Positions 27,101 to 38,600 of a stretch of DNA of 64,000 bases are shown one piece after another. This DNA is from Orbicella franksi. Taxonomy: Eukaryota. The notes under the pieces are model-generated. The model saw only the letters and a program-made list of their open reading frames with translations, did not search any database and had not been told where the DNA came from. Location: NCBI GenBank assembly GCA_964199315.1, contig OZ116712.1, positions 2,108,001 through 2,172,000 of the forward strand. The letters are read 5' to 3'. Made by a program: the position numbers and the translations under genes. Each line of letters starts with the position of its first letter. Position 1 is the first letter of the stretch.

Positions 27101-30100
27101 TATAAAGGTGAATCAATCTGAATGTAAGCTTTTACTGGTATTAATGAAAACTTTTAGGCTAAAAACTCGGCGAACATCAAACAAAACTTGTCCTTCATCT
27201 ATAGGGACGCTAAGTGCGCCAAAGCAACACAGTTTTGTGCATTTCCAAAAGGAAACTTCAATTCCAAATTAATTCCTCCAGCTGACGTTTTAGAGAACTG
27301 TGTTATCAACTATTCATATCTTCCGAAAAAGCGACACTTTAATTACTTTTTTCGAGATTGGCCCTGGTCTAATTAAAATTGCAGGCTGTAATGTCAATTC
27401 AGAGAGGTTTTCACTTGAGTGAGTAATTAAGTAATTTGCTTTTGGTTTGGTTTTTCAATAATACGTTACATGATTGGCTTAAAAAATTTCCACCACTTTT
27501 TCATCCAATCAGAAGTAAAGCCGAAACCAATCGTGACTCGTTGGCAGGGAGTCAGCCAGGGAATCAACATATTATCATTTATTAGAAAGAGCAGCAACTA
27601 CATTACTCTACAATAGACCTTTTTCGCTAGGGCGGTTTGTTGTCCCATTACAGACCACGTGATATTCTCTAGAGAATAGTTCTTTTATCCATCTAAAAAT
27701 TACTTATCCATATGCACACGACTATTTGAAAATTTGAAAGGAGGAATTACCAAGAGAATCATCACATGGTCTGAAATGGGGCAACAAACCGCTCAGTCGA
27801 AAAAGGTCTATTTGAGAGGACAAAACATGTTTATTACTATTTCTAAATGTTTACAGTACGATTTCTACCCTAAGTATCTTAAAGATTTATTACCTTTGCG
27901 TTCTATGGCCTACTCTCTTAGAGGAGCTTATATATGTTGATTGTGTAAACCTGTTTCAACTTTTGGGGGTCGTCACTCTTTTAAGTATTTTGCTTGCAAA
28001 ACTTGGAACTCTGTACCTTAGAACTTTAGAACGGAACCTACTTTAACTGGTTTTAAACGTTATAATGCCTCATAAAAACAGTCTCCTTTCAGGTGTAATT
28101 GCTTATTACTAGACTAATTTTTTAATTTCTTGATGGATAATGATTTCTTAAAACATAAGCAAACGAATTTTAAAGTTAATAGCCGACGTTTCGGCGTCAT
28201 CGTGACACCATTCTCAAGGCAAGTGAATAAATTAATGCGAAGATTTTACATATATATATATTGCAGCCAAACATAATTGTTATTATAAAACTTTAAGGTA
28301 AAAAGCTGTTAAAATTATGACTCTAAACGTTTTCGATCTGTTTGATCATCATCACTGATGATGATCAAACAGATCGAAAACGTTTAGACTCAAAATTTTA
28401 ACAGCTTCTTACCTTAAAGTTTAATATTTTACTTTTATCGGCGAAATGTGTTGAGAATTGTTATTATTATTACTTTTTGTTTTTATATTTGCAATGTTTA
28501 TTTTCCTTTCCTTTTTTTTAGCTTAGCTACCTTGTAAATTCGAATCAAGTGGCTATATGTACTCGTTAAAACAAAATTATAGTTAGAATGCATAAGACCC
28601 ATCTCAAAAAGGATCCATCGAAGCCATAGTCAAGTTCGCTACCGTGTGAAATAGTTTGCGTGATTCATGATAAAGTACTAGTGCTATTGAAAAAACAAAC
28701 AGACTGGTCTATAAATAAAATGAGTTGTAAAAACTTGTTTGAACTTCTTATCTTGGATTTATTGTAATTCTTTACCTTCCAAGAGTTATTGGGAATGTAT
28801 AGAATAAAAAAATAGTCGGAAATAATAACAATTGCGCAATGATTAACAATTGAATAATTAAGTGAGATATGCGTCAAAGTGACCTCACGGAAAATTCTCT
28901 CAACGGAACAGTTTTTACGGGCCACCTGTAATTTTTTCCAGGCTAGTAGAATAAAGAACCTGCTTTTATTTGGTTATATTTATTTACTTAACTGTAATAT
29001 AACAGACAGCATTTGACAAGTTCAAAGTTTGCTAATATTAGCCATATCACTTTAGGTCCGTAAATGGTTCAGCTTCCGAAGGTTAACTATTTTATACAAA
29101 AAAACATTTTTAAACAAAATTTAGTCCCGAGCAAAGTTTAAGAGATGCCTCACAAACTGTGTAAAGGACATGTTAAGGAAACGTTTGGTACGTCCATACG
29201 AGTATGTTAAACATGTGCCAAATTTCAAGTCTTATGGCCGCCGCTGAAGGCCCTGTGGCCGAATTTTCAAGTTTTGCAAATTTTGAAGAAAAGAAAAGGA
29301 AATCGAAGCTTTTGATGTCATTTCCGAAAACAGTTAACCAAATAGGTTCTTTTGGTCAAATAAGAAAAAATGCGTTATTTCGCTTCTGTCGGCCGATTCT
29401 CGATATTTTCGGATTTACGCTCTTAATAAAGTGCATAATGTTCTATTGTGATGATTTGGGCGGCCATTTTCTGCCAAATTGCTAAGGAGTTAACTGTAAT
29501 ACTTGATGGATTAGCTTATAAATAACATCAATTAATTACTCTTGGCGAGTGTGGCGAGGATGAGGCGGTTGTTCACTTTGCAATTTATATCACAAAGGAC
29601 ACCGACAATCTACTGAACCAATCAAAACTCGTAGTAAATGCATGTCGCTGACGTGTGCGGACGAGTCATGATTGGTTTCGGCTTTACTTCTAATTGGATG
29701 AAAAAGTGGCGGGGATTTTTTAAGCCAATCACGTAGCGTGGTAATTTTAAAACCAAAGTAAATACGAATTAAGCCTGGTGTACACAAGCAATGTTTATGT
29801 GACAATTTTATGTGACAATTCTCATTTGTTCGTGTAGATGAAAAAAGTTGGCAATTTTTATGTGACAAATTGTTTTTGAACTGAACTAAGCCGAAACATG
29901 CGCTATAAAAGGAACTGATAAAACTAGTTTTCCTCGGTTTCTTTACATAGCATTTTCCTTGCTGTCTTTACAACTGCCGTTCGAAGCTCGCGAAGACGCC
30001 AGCAATACAAAAATGGATTAATGCAAGAGTTACTTAATACTAGGGTAGTAGCAAATTCACTCCCTCTTTGCCAGTGCAAGTATGAGAGTCCATGAAGAGT

Positions 30101-33100
30101 CAATAAAACACACATTGGAAAATAACATATTATCAAAGCCGTGTAGAAGACAAAAGTATTCATTGCACTTCTTTTCAATCGCACTATGTTTAAGTTGTCT
30201 CCAGCATTGAAACTTTGCACTGCCAGTTGTTGAGCGTTGATGTGCAACTGATGTCGACGAACAATGCGATAAATTCTGATGTAAGAAAATGAGGAAAATA
30301 CAAGGGAAATTGCAATGACAGCGCCTACAGTAAATCGATATACACTTTCATTCCAAACATCAAACACCGAAACAACCATGCTAATTAACCATAGAGTTAT
30401 TAGAGTATATTGAACACGGGATTGAGTCACTAAAGTAGCATATCTCATGTGATAGTGAAGAGCCAGAAATCGATCCACATTGATGGCTGTTATCGTCAAC
30501 AATGAAACTACACATAAAGAAGACCCTAATAATCTCCAAACGTGGTATGCAAAACCGTGGTCCTCGGTAAGTTGTTGAGCAATGTGAAACGGTTGAGCGA
30601 TGAGACCAACGAGAAAATCTGAAACGGCGAGACTGCAGAGCATAATCGTGTGCGTTGAGCGAATGGAAGGCGTTCTTATTATGGCGGCCAATACCAAAGC
30701 GTTGCCCAGAATGGATATGAGCATCAGTGGAGCGTTAAGAACACAGTTTATGATGACAATTGCAGCAGTAGCGTTTTCTTCCTGATCGGAATGATGCGTT
30801 GTTGATTTGTTGTTGTTTTTGTCCATGTTGTTCATCGTCAAAGTTTAAGTGAATATGAACCGTAGGAGAAGACTTTTTCACGCCATAAGATGTCCAAATA
30901 ATTGAATATATTTTTCGTTGCCGGGAACGCGCATTAAAAGTTACACAAACAGTGGAGACACCAACGCTAAATGTATAAAGTCCAGTTTACGTCATGTTCT
31001 AAAACAGTCGGTGATATTAATTAACCAGTATGCTAATTCCACTTTTCGTGAAATTTGTTCATCACGTAGTAATATTTAAATCAATCGACTAGAGCTTAAA
31101 TTAACTAAAACTGGAATTTCTGTAAGTCGAAGAGAATCTGAGAAAAAATTCTGATTATATGCTCGAGTTTTTGAAATGGAAATTGCCTGACATTATTTAA
31201 TGTGAGTAAGACAGTGTCATTTACTGCTGCACTTAGGAAACCCTGTAGATGAATTAAAAAACACATATGAGGCAATAATTACTTAGTAAAAGACAGCTGT
31301 AAAATTGGTACAGATGACGCTTGTGCTGATTGCTTAGTGCTGATTGAATATCAGCATAAACTTTACCATATTTTTACAGATTGATTTCCATTTTCCTAAA
31401 GAACACGCGTAGCGCTTTAGAAAACGTATGGAGAATAATAAGGAGATTTTGTCTGTTGATATCATTTCCACGGGGACTAATGCTTATATTTGTTCTTTGG
31501 TAGAGAAGAGCAACCTTGGTCCCAGGCCCTCTCTATCTTCAGGGAGCGGGAAGAAGGTTGAGAGAAGGCATCATACCAGTTGTGAATTGACTCGAAACAT
31601 TCAAAGCGGTCTTGAAACTAAGAAATTAGTGAAATGCTTAGCTCTTTAGGTGCCATATTGGAGGAGATTGTAGGCGTTTAAAAGCTGCTAAATTTCTGGT
31701 AGGCATAAACGTTTATGACCCCAAATATTCTGTGTCGAATTTTGAGTGTTTCAATCTGCGTCGAAAACAGTTTTCAGTACAACGGGATGAAATTTCATGG
31801 AGCAGTTGATCGTGACTCTTTCAGAAGGTAGGGAGGTAAAGCCTGCATATGAGCCATGTGGCCCATCAGGCCGGAGCTTATTCCGGTTTCTGTAGCATGA
31901 AGCAACATGGAGTATTTCCACTCCTCCCTGGATGGAATGCTAGTCCATCGCAGGGCTACCCCCAGCATTAAGTTCGCTGGTACCCGGTACTGTAAGCTGA
32001 AGCGGGTTTTTTTATCGTTGGTTTCCATTTAAAACTTGTTACAGACAATATAAAAAGAAAACTTAAAAGCAAACGTTACCTCGTACATGCTGTTCTTTAG
32101 GGATACCCAGTGGAACTACTATCAATTCTCAAACACACCGAAAAAAATTTCGGTGCATAACAATCTAACATCACGAGGTCCTGCAAATTACGTTTATTTC
32201 TTGTTTATTTGTAAATCTACGTCACTACAGAGCTAATAACAAGAGCTGTAAATACCCGGAGATAAAACGAAAATGACTGTCTCACTGTATTCTGTTTATA
32301 TTTCGTTTTGTTCAGAAAGAACATAGCTAGTTTTCTTCTGTTTGGTTACATAACATCTGCCTTGCCGTCTTTACAACTGCCGTTCGAAGCTCGCGAAGAC
32401 GCCAGCAATACAAAAATGGATTAATGGACGAATTCATGAACACTGCAGTAAAAGCAAATTGCCATTCTGTTTTCCAGTCCTTTATGGAGAGTCCATGAAG
32501 AGTCAATAAAACATACATTGGAAAATAACATATAGTCAGAGTTATGTAGAAGACGAAAGTATTCAGTGCACTTCTTTTCAATCGCATTATGTTTAAGTTA
32601 TTTTCAGCGTCAGAACTTTGTACTGCCTGTTGTTGGGCGTGAATTTGTAACTGATGTCGACGAACAATACGATGAATTCTGATGTAAAAAAATGTGGAAA
32701 TTAAAAGACAAATTATAGTAATAATACCTGACAGAAAGCTATGAACACGTTCATTTAAAAAGTAAAATCCTATTGCAAAGGAAGTGGTCAACCATATAAT
32801 TATTAAAGCATATTTAACACGGGATTCAGTCACTAGTGCAGCATATCTCATGTGATAGTGAAGAGCCAGAAATCGATCAACAGTTATTACTGTCATTGTT
32901 AAGAGAGAGGCTCCACATAAAGAAAACCCTATCTGTTTCACTACATGGAGGAACAAACGGTCGTCCGTAAGTACTTGAGCAATGTAAACCGGTTGAACAA
33001 TGAGACCAACGAGAAAGTCTGAAACAGCGAGACTGCAGAGCATAATCATATGCGACGTTGAGCGAATGGAAGGCGTTCTTATTATGGCGGCCAACACCAA

Positions 33101-35567
33101 AGCGTTGCCCAGAATGGATATGAGCATCAGTGGAGCGTTAAGAACACAGTTTATGATGGTAATAGTTTCAGGAGTGGAGTTGACTTCATTGTCTGAATAA
33201 CGGCCTGCCGATCCATTGTTGTGTTTGTAGGTGTTATTAATCATCATGTTTTAACCGCCAGTGTTGTCAAATTGTTTGTCTTTTACACCTAAAGGTGACC
33301 AGACAATACTTTTAGTTTCCTTGAAAAGCACAAAAGAAGAACAGTGGAGACGCCCAACGCCGTGAAAGGGACACAGTTTAGTCCATTTCCTAAAAAAACC
33401 CGGTTATTTTATGTTAAATAAACTTCTTTTCGTGATGTTTTTCATTAATTATGTTGATCAACCATTCATTTTTCCGCAAACAGCGACACCTGTTTATGGC
33501 GGCGTAGGCGTGTAGCTAGAATTTGATCATCGTTTGATGAGAACTTGACGAGCGTTTGGTGAAACGTGTGGTAATTTAGCTAGTCTTTTTAGGTGGAGAT
33601 TATTTAACGTTTTTCATTGCTTTCCTTGATCCTTAAGTACCCTGGAAAATTATATGGATTTGAAAAACAGATGTAATTCACAATTAACGCAGACAAAGTT
33701 GAGACACAGTTGTAAACAAGGTCAGATTGAAGTTTGTGCCTATTGTTGGGACAAGAACACGTGTGATCAAACTTCAGCCGCCTTAAGCACGTTTACATGT
33801 AGTTTCTTTCTTTTTTTCACCTCTTAAGCTAATCTTAAAACAGAGATTTTTCTTTTGTTTTCTAATCCATGTTGAGCGATGCCTGATGAGGTATGGAGGT
33901 TACCTTTGTAGGTACAATCCAATTCTCCATAGTAGTACTAGGAGAAAAATATCGAGAACAGTCAGGAGAATTTGAATGTTGATATCATTGTCACGCAGCT
34001 AATGCTATAAGAAATGTGCTTAGACTGAAAGGTTGACACGAGTGTCCGCATATGGGCAGCTGGTATTTGAAACATCTCAGCGAATCGCGCGGAAGGAGTT
34101 TTATAACTCATTTTCGTCTCTTGTTTATTTTCGAAAATGACTTGTCACTTAATGAATTCAAGTTTTCTTAAAAACTCCTGTCAGCGAGAGAACCGGTAAA
34201 ATGTGGTGAAGTTTGCAAATTAAGCATTGTTTGAATCATTTTACTCAGTAAATAGATCGGAATACGCGGCGCTCAATTTACAAGGGCAGAATTTCTTTTA
34301 GCTTAGCTTCTAATTCTCGACAACTTATTCACGGGTATACATCACTTTTGAATGCAGCTGAACGTGTCATCGAGGAAGTTGCTTTTGTTTGCTTTTCATT
34401 TAGAGTTTATTAAAGGAGGGATATAATAAAAAGCTTTTTTGGAGGTCAATCATTTTATAGAATTGTCAAATACTTGTGAATACTTTTTTTTTTGTCGTTT
34501 TACCATTACTGTTATTGCAAGGAGAAAATATTCCGTGCGCCGCGATCCAGTTTTGAAAGATCATGCAAATGTCGTCTATATCTTGTTTATTTACACTTCT
34601 CCAATAATTCCCGTACTAACAACATGAGCTGCGACACTGAGGCTCACACTGGCGACATAGCGACATAATGACATTTAAGAAATAGAAAACATGTCCTGTG
34701 TCTCTATCGAGTTTTTGTCTAAATCTGCTAGCGTTCTATCACGAATGCCGTTCTCTGATTGGCTACGCTACTCACTATCTTTTCTGTTGTAGATAGTGAG
34801 TAGCCTAGCAGTGTGCCCTTGTTATCAAAATGCCGGCCGATTCTTTGTCTTTTCGAAGTGCCTGAGAAGAGGATATAGATAAAGTTTTAAACGACTAGTA
34901 GATTTATATTAAAGCAACAAAATTATTCGCTCTCGATTTCTGTGTGACAGAAATCTCGAGCTCATAATCTAATTGATTATTCCATAGCTTCTTCGAGTTG
35001 TCCCAAACGTCCACGGGTGTTTCTATAACTCGATAGACACACAGAGAACATGTTTTCTACTTCTTCAGGAAATTCTGCGACGATAAAAATTAAATAACTT
35101 GTTTACTGTGATTATCAAAATGTAAATTCTCTTCTCTTGGGCCATCATTACGTCATAGTTTGTCACGAATTAGATTATTCGCCTTCAATTTCTATACGTT
35201 ATTTTCAGCCTCCAATTGGCCCGATTTATACTGGAGACGGATCATCCGTCTGGGACGAGCTTGGGCAAAGAACAGTAGCTCGTCTGATAATCCGTCTGTG
35301 TAGAAATGCGGGCAGGAGACGAACTATCCACGAAAACTACACCTCCTTGCAAAATGTCTCTTTCGTCTTTTAAATCTGCCCTCAAAACATTCTTGTTTCG
35401 GAAATCCTACTGCTGATTTATTTTATTTTATGAGAAACTGTATTTTAATTAATTATTTCATTTATTTTATTTATTTACTGTTATTAGAAATATTTTATAG
35501 GATTTAACTAATTTATTTTCTATAGTAATGTAAGCGCATTGAGTTTTTTTAAATGCGCCCAAAAAGC

Positions 35568-35614
<47 letters not shown>

Positions 35615-38600
35615 ATAATTGTCACAATAAACACTCCTCTTTATTTTTTAAAAAAAATTATTATTATTATTATTATTAAAACGCCAGCGGCTGTTTTCAG
35701 TAAACTATTAATTCAAGATGACACTGGACGAGTATCAGGACACACCGATACTTCGTCTCATAGTCCTTCCCGTATTTATACTAGACGGATGATCCGTCTT
35801 GACGGATGAATTGTCTCTAGTATAAATCGGGCCAGCTTGTGTAAGGATATACATAACTTGTAAATGCAATCGGAATGCTATGAGCTGAAGACGGTTTCTA
35901 TGGTTGGTTTTCATTTAAAACTTGTCACATACAATTTAAAAAGAAAACTAAAAAGCAAAGTTTATCTTGTACGTGATCTTATTTATGGATCGATCTAACA
36001 TCGCGAGGCCTCTTAGGTCCTGCAAATGACGTTTATTTCTTGTTTATTTACAAATCTTCGTCATTACAGAGCTAACAACAAGAGATTTAAATCACCTAGG
36101 GAGAAAGTAAAAATGACTATCTAACTGAATTCTGTTCGTATTTTATTTTGTCCAGAAAGAAGATAGCTAGTTTTCTTCTGTTTGTTTACATAACATCTGC
36201 TTTGCTGTCTTCAAAACTGCCGCGCGAAGCTCGCGAAGACGCCAGCAATACAAAAATGGATTGATGGACGAGTTACTAAATACCAAACTATAGACAAATG
36301 TCCATTCTGTTTGCCAGTCTTTGTCAGAGGTTCCATACCGAATTGACAAAACATACAACGGAAAATAACATACAGTTAGAACTATGTAGAAGACGAAGGT
36401 ATTCATTGCACTTCTTTTTAATCGCGTTATGTTTACGTTATTTGCGGCGTCAGAACTTTGCACTGCCTGTTGTTGAGCGTGAATTTGTAACTGATGTCGA
36501 CGAACAATACGACAAATTCTGACGTAAGAAAACGCTGAAATTTGAAGGCATGTGACAATAAGAACGCCAACAAGAATGCTATATACACGCTCATTCCAAA
36601 GTCCGAAACCAGATACAAGGAAACTAATCAACCATATAATTACCAAAGTAAATTTAACACGGGATTCAGTCACTAAGGTAGCATAGGTCATGTGATAGTG
36701 AAGAGCCAGAAATCGATCCACAGTGATGGCTGTTATTGTCAACAGAGAAACTACACAAAAAGAATACCCTGACATCACTGCAACATGGTAGACGTAACGG
36801 CGTTTCAAGAGTAGATCACCAATATAAATCGGTTGAGCAATGAGACCAACAAGAAAATCTGAAACAGCGAGACTGCAGAGCATAATCATGTGCGTTGAGC
36901 GAATGGAAGGCGTTCTTATTATGGCGGCCAATACCAAAGCGTTGCCCAGAATGGATATGAGCATCAGTGGAGCGTTAAGAACGCAGTTTATGATAATAAA
37001 AGTTTCAGGGGTTGAGTTGTCTTCATTGTCTGGATGATGGTTTGCCGATCTGTTGTATTTGTTGGTGTTGCTCATCGTTGATGTTGAAGATCAGCTTCTA
37101 ATGTTGTCTCAGAACTAAAAAGCGGACCAAGTAATCCTCCTTTTCCGTTCAACAAAAAAATATGCCAAAACTGTACAAACAGTGGAGACCCAACAGCAGG
37201 ACAAGAGCACAGTTAAATGAAGTTTTTGACAGAAACCTAGATTCTAAACAAGTCTTTTTGCTGACGTTTTCCGGAGTTATGTTCATCACTTATTCACCTT
37301 TTGTTTTGCTTTGTTTTTGTTTTCTTGAAAAAGCGATCTTGGTTTCTGGTGAGAGTGCCATATAATTAGAGTTGGACTTGCATCGTAAAGATAATTCAAG
37401 TGCGTTTGATTAAACTTTTTGATTTACACAGTTTGCCTTTTTAGATGGAAATTGCTTTGCATCATTACGCTGTAATAGAACTTTTCATTGCTTTCTTATT
37501 CATGGAGCAGCCTTAGTATTGGCTGAGGACCTCTATAAGTCAATGCTGGAAAGTAAACATCGTTACTCTAAATAAAGTGCAGTTAAAACTATTGAGGAGA
37601 AATTTTAATTTTGTATGACTGACGAACAAAAGAAAAATAAAATAGCAGTTCTGGTCTCTTACGTGAGCTTCCTTAGGTCGACGAAATAACTAAAAATAAA
37701 AAAGCAGGTGTTATTTGAGCTTCGTCTTTAGCCACGCCACCATTTACTTCTATTATCTCCAAGCAAATCGAGAAAATTTTCATTGCGTCTCGATATAACA
37801 TCACAAAGTTCTGCAAGAATCAATTGTGCCTTGCTTATTTGCATTTTTCTATGGTTTTCGTTCAGAAAAAAAAAAAATGTCTAGTGTCCTTCTGTTTGTT
37901 TACATAACATCTGTCTTGCTGTCTTTAAAACTGCCGTTCGAAGCTCACGAACACGCCAACAATACAAAAATGGATTGATGGACGAATTAAGGAATATGAA
38001 GGTTGAAGCAAAGTCCCAATCTATCTGAAAATTCCACTGTGAGATTGCATTTACTGTTAATACAATGTACAATGGAAGATAACATACAATCAAAGCTATG
38101 AAGAAGACGAAAGTGTTCCGTGCACTTTTTTCCACTTTTTTCCGCGCAATGTTTAAGTTGTTTTCCGCGACCGAACTTTGCACTGCCTGTTGTTGAGCGT
38201 GAATTTGTAGTTGATGCCGGCGAGCAATTTGAAAAATCCTCATGTGAGATAGTGTTGAAATTATAAGACAAATGAGAATAACAAGGCCCATACTAAGGTG
38301 TTGTGCATTTGTATTCCAAAACTTCAAACACGATAAAAGGAAACTAAACAACCATATAATTATTATAGTATATTCAACACGGGACTCAGTCACTAAAGTA
38401 GCATATCTCATGTGATAGTGAAGAGCCAGAAATCGATCGACAGTGATAGCTGTTATTGCTATGAGAGACACGACAGAAAAAGAACTCACTGTTATTTTCC
38501 AAACAAGGTAAATGGAATCGTCTTCCGTAAGTTCGTTAGCAATATAGATCGGTTGAGCAATGAGACCAACAAGGAGATCTGAAACAGCGAGACTGCAGAG

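Noticed and set aside
33883-33910. CTGATGAG followed by a short stem (also near 41294)
   Set aside because: No GAAA follows the stem, so there is no hammerhead core.
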